This document shows, piece after piece, positions 47,851 through 57,815 of a DNA stretch of 64,000 nucleotides; the stretch's first letter is position 1; every line of letters begins with the position of its first letter. The DNA lies in the NCBI GenBank assembly GCA_045587045.1, contig JAZNBM010000142.1, forward strand, positions 3,163 to 67,162, given 5' to 3'. A model generated the notes under the pieces. The model searched no databases, had not been told where the DNA came from, and saw only the letters and a program-made list of their open reading frames with translations. A program made the translations under genes and the position numbers. The stretch is from Acutalibacteraceae bacterium (lineage in GTDB: Bacteria > Bacillota > Clostridia > Oscillospirales > Acutalibacteraceae).

Positions 47851-49026
47851 TCATTTGCGGTATTCGGGCACGATGGCAAAGCAAAGCATTGCATCATCAA
47901 CAATATATTTTGCCGTTGTGGTTGAAAAGTCATAATCCGACTGATTTCTTGCGTGTTTCAGAACAGCGTACATTCTCTCATTTTCAACCATTTCGTTTAT
48001 CACATAATCAAAGGTTTCTTTGTCTGCAAAGCGAAAATAAACCGTGTTGTTACCTCTGTCGGTCTCGTTCACTATTATTTCAGCAAACTTTTTTTCATCG
48101 GAACGGCTGTATGTTTCAAAGTATGCACCCGTTCTGACAAAATAGTTTTCTTCGGTTGAGTTGCATTCAAAATCATATGAAAACTTTGAATGCGTAACGG
48201 ATATGCTCTTGTTATCCAGATTGAAATAGGTATAGGTTTTTGAAACCTCGCCGTTTTCATCAACGGGGTCATCCCACGTGCAGTCAAGATGGTACCAGCT
48301 GCCGTTAAGTCTGACCACGTTCCACATATGCGGCTGTTTTTCACCTGTGCGGCTTTCTGCTTCGCCGCTGACAACAGTGCTTTCCGTTCCGACGTAATCC
48401 ATCAAAAGCTTTGCCGCTTTTGAATATCCCTCACAGGCAGCGCTTTTATTGACAAGAGCACCGTAAGCCGTTGAGCCGATAAGGTCATCGCCGAGCACGT
48501 AGTCACAGTTATCCACAATATAATCGTGGATTTCAAGCTCTGTCTGCCAGACATCTTCGCGGTTGCTGAAGCTTGCAACAATTCCCGTGCACGCCTTGTC
48601 AAGTTCCTCTTTCATTTTGCTGTAATCCGCTTTTTCAATTATGTAGTCAACAGAAAACCATGTTTTGCTCCCTTCTGTGCGCAAAACACACTTTCTGCCC
48701 ACAAAAAACAGGTCGGGATTATCGCTTAAAAGTGCATAAAACACGTTATCCAGCATTTCGGAATCAATTCGGTTTATTTCAATTTCATCAGGCATTTCAT
48801 AAATGCTTTGCAGGATACGGTTATAAGCATGTTTTTCTTCATTATCAAGCCGATTGAACCAGAATTTGAAGTCACTGCCGTAATCCGCCAGCTCGGTTGC
48901 CGGCTCACTTATGTTCACTTGCGGCTCTGCAGGTTTCTTTTCATAGTTTGAAACAAGCAGAATTGCACTTGCCGCCAGCAACACAACCGAAACCGTAACC
49001 GCCAGATTCTTAAGAATTCTTTTCAT
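47851..49026 (-). CDS. Exported transglutaminase-like domain protein
   Basis: ACEGYSKA...HMWNVV...YHLDCTWDD Cys-His-Asp triad. Confidence 0.9.
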   Translation of the reverse strand: MKRILKNLAVTVSVVLLAASAILLVSNYEKKPAEPQVNISEPATELADYGSDFKFWFNRLDNEEKHAYNRILQSIYEMPDEIEINRIDSEMLDNVFYALLSDNPDLFFVGRKCVLRTEGSKTWFSVDYIIEKADYSKMKEELDKACTGIVASFSNREDVWQTELEIHDYIVDNCDYVLGDDLIGSTAYGALVNKSAACEGYSKAAKLLMDYVGTESTVVSGEAESRTGEKQPHMWNVVRLNGSWYHLDCTWDDPVDENGEVSKTYTYFNLDNKSISVTHSKFSYDFECNSTEENYFVRTGAYFETYSRSDEKKFAEIIVNETDRGNNTVYFRFADKETFDYVINEMVENERMYAVLKHARNQSDYDFSTTTAKYIVDDAMLCFAIVPEYRK

Positions 49027-49921
49027 AGGTTTCTCCCGGACCGCCGTCTCTGAACTCCTCAGGATATGCGGCGATAACCGTATTTCTTATGCCTTCCTGC
49101 ATAAGCAACAGCACGCCGTTCTCCTCTTGTCTTAAGTCTACTACCGTTATATTAGTCGTAAAATTATTTGCTATCTGTGAAAAAATCTTATCTCTTTTCT
49201 CAATATTTGCAGGCGTGAAAATGCTGCCCAGAATTTCAAGCATTGCCTGTGCCTGTTTTTCGGAGCCGTTTTCCGCTGTGTCATTGAGATAAAGCATATA
49301 TTTGTAAAGCTCGTCGCCGTTAAGCGATTTTGCACCTTTGATAAGGACAAGGTTTATACCGTCGGCTTTATAATTAACCTGCTCGGGCACGTTGATTTTT
49401 ATGCCGCCGAAAAAATTCACCGTTGATTTGAACTGCGTGGGGGTTGCACTTGCATAACGGTCAATTTTTATTCCGTAGGCTTCTTCAATCGCTTCCGTAA
49501 GCAATCTTTCGCCCGATTTTGCATAAATCGCCTCCGCACTTTCTCCGCCGCCTTGAGAAGCACGGAGAATTGCAGCAGGGTTCACGGTAAGCACCGTCAC
49601 ACGGTTTTCGGGAAGCTCAACCCTTATCAGATTCATAAAGTGTATCTGCTGTCTGTCGCCGTCGGCACACATAAACAGAAATACTCTTTCAGATTCGGGC
49701 AACACGGGCACGGTACTGCTCTCTTCTTTCTGCGTCGTTTCTTCTTTTTCCGTGCCGAAAAATGCTTTACGGAAATCAAAATCATTATTCATAAGTATTA
49801 TTGCAAGTGAAATTGACAGGATACCCAGCACACTTGCAATAAGAATAGCCGTAAATTTATATAAACTGCCGTTGGTGTTTTTCTTTTTTGTCTTAAAAAC
49901 AAGGTTGTTTTTCCTTGCCAT
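49010..49921 (-). CDS. LCP (LytR-CpsA-Psr)-like protein, divergent
   Basis: Single TM; IEEAYGIKIDRY, VNFFGGIKINVP, GAKSLNG. Catalytic Arg residues not evident. Confidence 0.7.
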   Translation of the reverse strand: MARKNNLVFKTKKKNTNGSLYKFTAILIASVLGILSISLAIILMNNDFDFRKAFFGTEKEETTQKEESSTVPVLPESERVFLFMCADGDRQQIHFMNLIRVELPENRVTVLTVNPAAILRASQGGGESAEAIYAKSGERLLTEAIEEAYGIKIDRYASATPTQFKSTVNFFGGIKINVPEQVNYKADGINLVLIKGAKSLNGDELYKYMLYLNDTAENGSEKQAQAMLEILGSIFTPANIEKRDKIFSQIANNFTTNITVVDLRQEENGVLLLMQEGIRNTVIAAYPEEFRDGGPGETYEKNS

Positions 49922-49926
49922 ATATA

Positions 49927-51780
49927 TCACCGCTTAATAATTATTGCCGCAGTATTTTCATCAAGATAAAGCTCTCTGCCGTTTACACCGCCGCCCATAA
50001 TAACCTCATATCCGTCTTCGGGAAGAATATAGGTTATCGGATGATTGTTGCGGTTTGCAACCGTCATTATGCTTTCACCCCTGCCCCGTCTTATATAGGC
50101 AACACAGCCCATAACCGACGAAACGGGAACAAACTCACCGTCTTTGAATACGGAATGTTCCTTGCGGAGTCTGCCCAGAGCCTTATAATGCTCCGTCAGC
50201 TCCGAATCCTCTTTTCCCCACGGATAACAACCGCGGTTGAACGGATCTTCGCCGCCATCCGTTCCCGCTTCATCACCATAATAAATGCAGGGCACACCGG
50301 GAAGCGTAAACTGCATTGCCGATATCATTTTAAGAAGCTTTTTGCCGTCTGCCGTTTCCTTGCCCGTCAGTCCGCCGCTGTAACGGTTGAGGTGGTCGGA
50401 ATAATATCTGCCGCCCGTACCAAGACGGTTTAGCACGCGGCAGGTATCGTGAGTGCCGATATGATTCATCAGACAATCCACCGCGGGCTTCGGGTAATTC
50501 TCACAGATTTCCGCAACTCTGTCGTTAAAACCCTCTGCCACACCGCCGATTGCAAAACCTATAAGCAAATCGGCAAACGGATAATTCATAACAGAATCAA
50601 GCTGAGCGCCCTGAAGATAGCGGCGGCGGTCACCGTAGCTGATCTTGTTTGATGCGTCCTCCCAGACCTCGCCCAGAATATAGGCATCGCTCTTTTCCGC
50701 CTTTACCGCAAGGCGCAGGGCATCAAGAAATTTATCGGGCAATTCATCTGCAACGTCAAGTCTCCAGCCGCCTGCACCAAGGCGGAGCCATTTGCGCAGG
50801 ATTCCGTTTTCGCCTGCCATATATTCGATGTATCCGTCGTTTTCTTCGCTGATTTCGGGCAGTATATCAACACCCCACCAGCTTTCGTATTCATCGGGAT
50901 ATTTTTTGAATTTATACCAGTCATAATAAGGCGAATCGGGCGAATTGTAAGCTCCTGCACCGATGTATCTGTTTTCTTTGTTAAAGTAACGGCTGTCTGC
51001 ACCCGTGTGACTGAAAACGCCGTCAAGAATAATCCTTATGCCGCGTTTTTCCGCACTTTTGCAAAGTGACTCGAAATCACTTTCGTCACCCAACAACATA
51101 TCGATTTTTTCATAGTCCGCCGTATCGTAACGGTGGTTTGAGTGCGCCTCAAAAATCGGGTTCAGATAAATGCAGCCCACACCGAGAGAGCTGAGATAGT
51201 CCAGCTTCTGCTCTATGCCCTCAAGGTCGCCGCCGAAATAATCGTACTGCGAAATCCTGCCCTCTGTATCCGGCTTCCACATTGGTTTGCCGCCCCAGTC
51301 TGAGCGCATAACCCTTTCAGACGGAACTCCGTCTTTGTCTTTGCCCGAAAAATTGAATCTGTCGGGAAAAATCTGATAAATTACCGAACCTTTAATCCAG
51401 TCGGGGGTTTCAAAATCCCTTGAATAAACCGTAAGCTGGAAGCTTCCGCCGTCGGGCGAGATTCTGCTTGTGCCGCCGTAGGATTTTGTGATAAAGCTTT
51501 CACCGTCGGCATTTTCTATGCTGAATCTGTACCAATAAAGACCCTGCTCCCCTGCAGTGAAGCTGACGGTCCACCACTCCTCGTTATTTCCTTCGGGTCT
51601 TTCCCACTCCATCGGGCAAACGGTTTTTTTGCCGCTGTCATTTTCAAGAATGAGGCTTGCACCCGTGCAGCCGAAGCTGACAGGCAAAACAATGCGCAGA
51701 GTAACTTGCGTGCCCTCGCAAACCGCACCGAAGGGTGATTTGTGATATATAAGCCTTGAATTATATGGGATAAAATCCAT
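49927..51780 (-). CDS. GH13 neopullulanase/amylopullulanase-like glycosidase
   Basis: YQIFPDRF, GGDLEG, SNHRYD, DGVFSH, GWRLDVADEL, GEVWEDA, THDT, IYYGDEAG. Confidence 0.94.
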   Translation of the reverse strand: MDFIPYNSRLIYHKSPFGAVCEGTQVTLRIVLPVSFGCTGASLILENDSGKKTVCPMEWERPEGNNEEWWTVSFTAGEQGLYWYRFSIENADGESFITKSYGGTSRISPDGGSFQLTVYSRDFETPDWIKGSVIYQIFPDRFNFSGKDKDGVPSERVMRSDWGGKPMWKPDTEGRISQYDYFGGDLEGIEQKLDYLSSLGVGCIYLNPIFEAHSNHRYDTADYEKIDMLLGDESDFESLCKSAEKRGIRIILDGVFSHTGADSRYFNKENRYIGAGAYNSPDSPYYDWYKFKKYPDEYESWWGVDILPEISEENDGYIEYMAGENGILRKWLRLGAGGWRLDVADELPDKFLDALRLAVKAEKSDAYILGEVWEDASNKISYGDRRRYLQGAQLDSVMNYPFADLLIGFAIGGVAEGFNDRVAEICENYPKPAVDCLMNHIGTHDTCRVLNRLGTGGRYYSDHLNRYSGGLTGKETADGKKLLKMISAMQFTLPGVPCIYYGDEAGTDGGEDPFNRGCYPWGKEDSELTEHYKALGRLRKEHSVFKDGEFVPVSSVMGCVAYIRRGRGESIMTVANRNNHPITYILPEDGYEVIMGGGVNGRELYLDENTAAIIIKR

Positions 51781-51781
51781 T

Positions 51782-52060
51782 TTATCTGCTTCCTTCTGAG
51801 ATTTGTGTGATAAAAAGAGTTGTCGGCTCGTTATAGGGCATTTCCGTTATACGCACAAGCACGTCGGTTATAAAATACCCTGTCGCAACCAGAATCAAAA
51901 TGCTCACAATAATCAGCACCAGATTGATAATCCGTCTTTTTTTCTGTTTTTCTTCAAAACTCGGTTCTGAACCGAAATGCGCCGAAAACTCGGTTATGCT
52001 TTCCCTTTGAGAAGGCTTGAGCGCTTTTTCGATAACGCCTTTATTTTTATTCTTTGCCAT
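51782..52060 (-). CDS. Small single-TM protein
   Basis: 92 aa, one hydrophobic helix after KKRR, tightly coupled in the operon. Confidence 0.75.
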   Translation of the reverse strand: MAKNKNKGVIEKALKPSQRESITEFSAHFGSEPSFEEKQKKRRIINLVLIIVSILILVATGYFITDVLVRITEMPYNEPTTLFITQISEGSR

Positions 52061-52089
52061 AAATTCACCTTTAAAAAGTGTCTGATTTT

Positions 52090-52683
52090 TTATGCAAACA
52101 GCGACGTGCCTGCAAAGCCTGCAAAAGCAAGCGAAAGCAGACCGACGTAGATAAGCATTGCAGGTGTGCCCCTGAATGCATCGGGTATATTTTTATTCTT
52201 TTCAAGAACCGCCGAACCCTTGCTGATAAGTGCCGCGGCAAGTACAAACGCTATGCCTGCACCGATTCCCGAACCGACAGCAAAAACAAATGAATATGCA
52301 GCCGAATCATTAATAAACGGAACGGCCAGAACAAGTGTGTTAAGAGCCGCAATACCGAGTGTACCAAGCAATTTATCGCTCACTTTGAAGATGAGCTTCA
52401 AAATAAGAGCAACAAAAACATAAACGCCTGCAAGAATTCCGCCGTAAACCGCCGCCTTGCCTGCAAACGGCAGGTCACTCAGACTGAGTGCTTTATTAAG
52501 AAGGCTGCAGATAACGCTTGTTATAACCGAAAAACCCGAAATCATAACAGCGATTTTGCCGAAAGTTCCCGGTTTTTTGGAAACTCTGATTGCCTCACTC
52601 ATACCCAGACCCGAGCTTAAAACAAGGTTCTGAACAAAAACCGTGAAAAGGGCGGTTACCAGCAAATCCGAAATCATTTTCAT
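52090..52683 (-). CDS. RnfA/NqrE-like membrane protein (divergent)
   Basis: FVQNLVL, IPDAFRGTPAMLIYVGLLSLAFAGF typical RnfA C-terminus. Confidence 0.8.
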   Translation of the reverse strand: MKMISDLLVTALFTVFVQNLVLSSGLGMSEAIRVSKKPGTFGKIAVMISGFSVITSVICSLLNKALSLSDLPFAGKAAVYGGILAGVYVFVALILKLIFKVSDKLLGTLGIAALNTLVLAVPFINDSAAYSFVFAVGSGIGAGIAFVLAAALISKGSAVLEKNKNIPDAFRGTPAMLIYVGLLSLAFAGFAGTSLFA

Positions 52684-53528
52684 TCTGCCGTTCCCTCCTC
52701 ACCGTTTAATTCTATGTCGAGAGATTTAAGAAAATCATTAAGGTCTGTCTCCGCCAGACCGAAAATGTCATCAACCGTATCCGCCGCACTGTTCTCGCGG
52801 GGAACAATGTCAGGGTTTGTTTCCGACACCGCATCGGGTGCAGACGTTTCTGTTTCGGTGACGGGTATTTGCACTTGAGCCGCAGTATCTTCTTTTACTT
52901 CATTGGCAGTTTCTTCTGTCTGCACAGACTCTGTGCGAAGCAATATTTTTTTAAGACCTGCCGCAAGAAAGCCGAGAAGAATAAGACAGCCGAACGGAAG
53001 AGCCATACCCTTAAGCGTAACGGGCAGATTGAGCCTGATTCCCGCAAATGTTGACCTGCCGAGGATTTCTCTCACTGCGCCCGTAAACAGGAATATAACC
53101 GTGCCGCCGATACCGCTTGCAACAGCATCATAAACAGTAAGCTTAATTTCACTCTTGACCGCAACCTGCTCGCAGTGCACCGCCACAACGGAATTGATTG
53201 CCGTGAGCGGAAGATAAATCTTCATTCCCAGGCTGATACCGCCAAGCGTATAGGTTTCAAGAAGATAAAGCACAGGACAAACAATTGCAAGACCTATAAG
53301 CAGGTAAAGGGGCATTCTTATCCAGCGCGGCAGATTTTTCATAACTACGTTTGCAATTAAACTGATTATCAGAAGCTCCGCACACATCGCCGCCGAAAGA
53401 ATTGCCGCCTGTGTGAAAGTGGTGGATGCCGCAATAACAGGGCAAAGACCGACAAGCTGAACAAGAACGGGGTTGTATTGAACAGCACCTTTTTTCAGCG
53501 CATCTTTAAAAGAAATTGTGTTCTTCAT
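52680..53528 (-). CDS. RnfE/NqrD-like membrane protein with acidic tail (divergent)
   Basis: NPVLVQLVGLCP, RMPLY, GAVREILG, PFGCLILLG. Confidence 0.82.
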   Translation of the reverse strand: MKNTISFKDALKKGAVQYNPVLVQLVGLCPVIAASTTFTQAAILSAAMCAELLIISLIANVVMKNLPRWIRMPLYLLIGLAIVCPVLYLLETYTLGGISLGMKIYLPLTAINSVVAVHCEQVAVKSEIKLTVYDAVASGIGGTVIFLFTGAVREILGRSTFAGIRLNLPVTLKGMALPFGCLILLGFLAAGLKKILLRTESVQTEETANEVKEDTAAQVQIPVTETETSAPDAVSETNPDIVPRENSAADTVDDIFGLAETDLNDFLKSLDIELNGEEGTAE

Positions 53529-54496
53529 TCAGCACGCACCTCCTTATGGGATGCTTTTTTGCCAAACTTCGGAATATTATTTAATGCGGAATCAATAAGC
53601 GGTCTGAGAGCGTTTGCCAGCAAAACTGCAAAGCAAACGGGCTCCTCGTATGCGCCAAGCAGGCGCATCGCCATACAAACGGCACCGCACACCGCACCGT
53701 AAATTATTTTGTTGATGATTTTTTCCGGTTGAGTTATCGGGTCCGTGACAAAGAAAACAGCCGCAAACAAAAGCGAGCCCGAACAAAGCTCGGGAACAAG
53801 GTTTGTTCCGAAAGATGCCGTAACCCTGGGAAAAACAGAAACCATCAGCACGCAAACCGCAATAAAACTGAGAGACGGAATCAGTGTTTTGGGACGTCTG
53901 ATAAGCAGATATGCCGCACAGGCAACCATCAGCAGGGCGCAGCCTGTGCCCATCGGGCCTGCAACGTTACCGCCGAGAATATCAAAGATACTTGCCTGAC
54001 CTACGTAAACCGCTCTGCCGCTCATAAGCAGCGAGCCAAGAGAGGTTGCTCCAAACAGGCTTCCGCGTGTGCCTTCCGTGAAGGTAAAAACCTGTTCGCT
54101 GAAGCAGACACTTGCAAACGCAAAGCCTGCCGCCGCAGGAACAAACGGCACCTTTTTACTGCCGCCAAACGGAATTTTTACAACCGCAACGGCAAAAACC
54201 GAAGCAAAAACAGGCACGTAATAAGGCACGTTGACAGGCATCATCATAGCAATTGCCGCACCCGTAAAAATGCTTCCCAAATCGCCGATATCTATTTTTT
54301 TATTTACAACAATTCCTGCCAGAATATCGGTTATCACTGCCGAAGCAACGCTTGCCAGAATAACAAGCAGACTGCGCACGCCGTAATACCAATATGCCAT
54401 AAAAGCAGGGGCAAGAAGCATCAGCAGATAATCGCCGTATATGCTCACGGCTCGTTCTTTATTCACTTTTACAGTGCCGTTTGCCACAGCTTTCAC
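53525..54496 (-). CDS. RnfD/NqrB-like membrane protein (divergent)
   Basis: KIPFGG...PFVPAAAG, GAT, GNVAGPMG, SGSLLFAAVFFVTDP, FAVLLAN. Confidence 0.85.
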   Translation of the reverse strand: MKAVANGTVKVNKERAVSIYGDYLLMLLAPAFMAYWYYGVRSLLVILASVASAVITDILAGIVVNKKIDIGDLGSIFTGAAIAMMMPVNVPYYVPVFASVFAVAVVKIPFGGSKKVPFVPAAAGFAFASVCFSEQVFTFTEGTRGSLFGATSLGSLLMSGRAVYVGQASIFDILGGNVAGPMGTGCALLMVACAAYLLIRRPKTLIPSLSFIAVCVLMVSVFPRVTASFGTNLVPELCSGSLLFAAVFFVTDPITQPEKIINKIIYGAVCGAVCMAMRLLGAYEEPVCFAVLLANALRPLIDSALNNIPKFGKKASHKEVRAE

Positions 54497-54583
54497 CTCA
54501 TTACTTCCATTATTTATTCATTGCACGCCGCAAAGAAAAATCATATTATAGTTAGTAGCCGCACAACAAGGAGGTTATGCGTT

Positions 54584-55147
54584 ATGCAGATAAATTCCCC
54601 GTCGGAAAACAGGATTATCGTTGAGCTCACCGCACCCGATATGCGTGAGCTGGATATTACATATGAGGAAATGGACTACTCCTCAATCGAAACAAGGCGC
54701 GTTATCTGGACCGTTCTTGATGCCGCAGGCAAACATCTTGGCAGAGAGTTTGACCTCTCACACAGAATGCTTATTGAAGCTTCGCCGCTTGCTGACGGAG
54801 GCTGTGCCCTTACCTTTACGTTGCTTGATACCGCTGTTAAAGCACGCCGCCCTCTTCTGATTAAACAGGCAAGCAATCTCATCTGCGATTTTGAGAATCT
54901 TGACAGCCTGTTTGACGCCGCAGAACAATGCGGCAACGGCTTTCATGTGCAAAGCAGTCTTTATGAAAACAACGGCAGATACAGGCTTATAATAAGCTCA
55001 CCGTTTGATCTGAACCTGCTCAATCACCGTTTAAGCGAATTCGCAAGGTGCAAAAAAAGCGAAAGCCTTGAAACGGATTTTACCCGTGAACACTGGACTT
55101 TGCTTGCCGCAGGAAACGCCCTTGATGTCCTTCGCCGCAAAGCTTAA
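54584..55147 (+). CDS. mecA: MecA-like ClpC adaptor
   Basis: MQINSPSENRIIVELTAPDMRELDITYEEM start after AAGGAGG; SSLYENNGRYRL, LSEF, TREH. The ORF track over-extends it to 53729. Confidence 0.78.
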   Translation: MQINSPSENRIIVELTAPDMRELDITYEEMDYSSIETRRVIWTVLDAAGKHLGREFDLSHRMLIEASPLADGGCALTFTLLDTAVKARRPLLIKQASNLICDFENLDSLFDAAEQCGNGFHVQSSLYENNGRYRLIISSPFDLNLLNHRLSEFARCKKSESLETDFTREHWTLLAAGNALDVLRRKA

Positions 55148-55809
55148 TTATAAGCTTTTTCGGCTTTGCTGCGGAGCATTTCTATAACCTCTGCAGGATT
55201 TTCCGCTCCGAAAACAGCGCTGCCTGCAACAAACACGTTTGCACCGGCTGCAGCCGCAATTTCAACGGTCTCGGCGTTAATTCCGCCGTCAACCTGAATA
55301 TCAACGTCAAGACCTCTGCGTTTGATTTCCGAGCGCAGGGTCTTTACTTTATCCATTGTGTCGTGCATAAACGACTGACCGCCGAAGCCCGGCTCAACAG
55401 TCATAACAAGCACCATTGAAAGCTTTTCAAGATAAGAAAAAACTTCTTCTGCCGCCGTTGCGGGCTTTATGCTGATACCCGCTTTACAGCCGCTTTCAAG
55501 TATTTTATCAACCGTTTCGTCAACGGGTGACGAGCTTTCGTAATGGAAAGTTATGATATCCGCACCGGCTTTTTTGAAATCGTCAATATATTTCAGCGGA
55601 TTCTGAATCATAAGATGCACGTCAAAAATAAGGTCGGTTTTGCTTCTTACGCTTTTTATGACGGGTGCACCGAAAGAAATATTGGGCACAAAGCAACCGT
55701 CCATAACGTCAAGATGCAAATAATCTGCGCCGCCCTTTTCAACCCTGACTGCCTCTGCACCGAGAGCTGAAAAATCGCTTGCAAGCACTGACGGTGAAAT
55801 CTTTATCAT
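55144..55809 (-). CDS. rpe: Ribulose-phosphate 3-epimerase
   Basis: ISPSVL, HLDVMDG, DVHLM, MTVEPGFGGQSF, QVDGGI, VAGSAVF. Confidence 0.97.
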   Translation of the reverse strand: MIKISPSVLASDFSALGAEAVRVEKGGADYLHLDVMDGCFVPNISFGAPVIKSVRSKTDLIFDVHLMIQNPLKYIDDFKKAGADIITFHYESSSPVDETVDKILESGCKAGISIKPATAAEEVFSYLEKLSMVLVMTVEPGFGGQSFMHDTMDKVKTLRSEIKRRGLDVDIQVDGGINAETVEIAAAAGANVFVAGSAVFGAENPAEVIEMLRSKAEKAYN

Positions 55810-56042
55810 AACAAAACCTTCCTTTCTGCTGCCCGAAGGCAACACTTACGGCATTATAATCTGTAATATTATATCAGTTTTACATTATAAGGTCAACATT
55901 TATAAAAATAAATTAACATTTAATTTTATTAGTAAAGTACTTTACAAATTCAGGAATTTGTTACATAATAAAGAGTGATATATTGTAAGCTTTTACTACG
56001 TGCCGCAACAGCGGCGCACACTGAATGAAAGAAAGAGAATCC

Positions 56043-57815
56043 ATGAAAAAGAAAGAAGCAAAAAAGACCTCCGCACAAAATATTTCGCTGATGAAACGCT
56101 TTTTCCCTTATCTGAAAAAGCATCTGGGCACAGAGCTTATCGTGCTCGCCTGCGCGGCAACGTCCGCCGCTTGCGAAATCATTCTGCCCCTTATCGTCAG
56201 AAAAATCACAGACCAAGGTGTTGCAGATGCCTCCGGACTCACAACAAGGCTAATTGTCACCATCGCCGTTGCCTATATCGGTCTGCGCGGTTTGGACAGC
56301 CTTGCAAGCTTCTGCCAGTCTTACTGGGGACACAAAATGGGCACAAAAATCGAAAATTCGATGCGCGAAGATATGTTTGACCATCTTCAGTCCCTGTCTT
56401 TCACGTTTTTTGACAATACCAAAGTCGGCCAGCTTATGAGCCGTATGACATCCGACCTTTTTGACGTTGCGGAATGGGCGCATCACTTCCCCGAAATGCT
56501 GCTTATGACAATAGTCAAATTTGTTGCAAGTTTTTATATTTTCGCAACAATGGATTTCCGTTTTGCAATTGCAATTTTTATTCTGATGCCGTTTATGATT
56601 ATCCTCACAAAACGCTCCAGAACAAAAATGCGCGACACCTTCAAAGAGGGCAGGCATCAGGTTGGCGAAATCAACGCACGCATTGAAGACAGCCTTCTCG
56701 GCGTAAGAGTTGTGCGTTCTTTTACAAACGAAAAAACCGAAAAAGAAAAGTTTTCAAAAGGTAACGGGCAATACGTTGTAATCAGAAACAAGAGCCACAA
56801 ATATATGTCGCAGTTTCACGCAACGGTCAAGCTCATTGACGGCATAACTTATATCTGCGTTGTTGCAATGGGTGCCGTTCTTATGAAAAAAGGCATCACG
56901 TCTCCCGGCGATTTTGCCGCAAGCCTTCTGCTTATATCAACACTTCTCGGCTCAATCCGCACCATTGTTGATTTTAGCGAGCAGTTCAGCAGAGGTATAA
57001 CGGGCGTTGAACGTTTTGCAGAAATTATGGACGAAAAAGCAGAAATCGTTGACAGCGAAAATGCCGTTGACATTACCGACGTTCAGGGCGAAATCGAATT
57101 TAAAAACGTTTGCTTCAGCTACGAAAAAGGTGAAAAAGAGATTCTTCACAACCTTAATCTTCACCTCAGAAAAGGTGAAAATCTTGCGCTTGTCGGCCCC
57201 AGCGGCGGCGGTAAAACCACCCTCTGCAACCTCATTCCCCGTTTCTATGAGCCCGAAAGCGGTGACATTCTGGTTGACGGCAAAAACATAAAGGATATCA
57301 CACTGCATTCTCTGCGTTCAAACATCGGCGTTGTTGCACAGGACGTTTATCTTTTCAGCGGCACAATCCGCGATAACCTCATCTACGGCAAGGCCGACGC
57401 AACAGACGAAGAGATTATCGATGCCGCAAAAAAAGCAGGTGCGCACGAATTCATCAGTGCCCTGCCGAACGGTTATGATACCTACGTCGGCGAAAGAGGC
57501 ATCAAGCTCTCGGGCGGTCAGAAACAAAGAATCTCAATTGCCAGAGTTTTCCTTAAAAATCCGCCGATTCTTTTGCTCGACGAGGCTACCTCCGCCCTTG
57601 ATAACGAAAGCGAAAAGCTTGTTCAGGAATCACTTGAACGCCTTGCAAAAGGCAGAACAACACTCACAATTGCGCACCGTCTGACAACCATCCGCAATGC
57701 CGATAAAATCGTTGTTCTCACAGAGGACGGCATTGCTGAGCAAGGCTCGCACAAAGAGCTGATGCAGAAAGACGGCATCTATGCCAATATGTATAATATG
57801 TACGCAATAATGTAG
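56043..57815 (+). CDS. ABC exporter (TMD+NBD), multidrug-type
   Basis: GPSGGGKT, LSGGQKQR, LLDEATS, IAHRL. Confidence 0.95.
   Translation: MKKKEAKKTSAQNISLMKRFFPYLKKHLGTELIVLACAATSAACEIILPLIVRKITDQGVADASGLTTRLIVTIAVAYIGLRGLDSLASFCQSYWGHKMGTKIENSMREDMFDHLQSLSFTFFDNTKVGQLMSRMTSDLFDVAEWAHHFPEMLLMTIVKFVASFYIFATMDFRFAIAIFILMPFMIILTKRSRTKMRDTFKEGRHQVGEINARIEDSLLGVRVVRSFTNEKTEKEKFSKGNGQYVVIRNKSHKYMSQFHATVKLIDGITYICVVAMGAVLMKKGITSPGDFAASLLLISTLLGSIRTIVDFSEQFSRGITGVERFAEIMDEKAEIVDSENAVDITDVQGEIEFKNVCFSYEKGEKEILHNLNLHLRKGENLALVGPSGGGKTTLCNLIPRFYEPESGDILVDGKNIKDITLHSLRSNIGVVAQDVYLFSGTIRDNLIYGKADATDEEIIDAAKKAGAHEFISALPNGYDTYVGERGIKLSGGQKQRISIARVFLKNPPILLLDEATSALDNESEKLVQESLERLAKGRTTLTIAHRLTTIRNADKIVVLTEDGIAEQGSHKELMQKDGIYANMYNMYAIM

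Noticed and set aside
53729-54583. 472-aa ORF as one protein
   Set aside because: The 5' part is antisense to the rnfD-like gene; the real start is ATG 54584 with RBS AAGGAGG.
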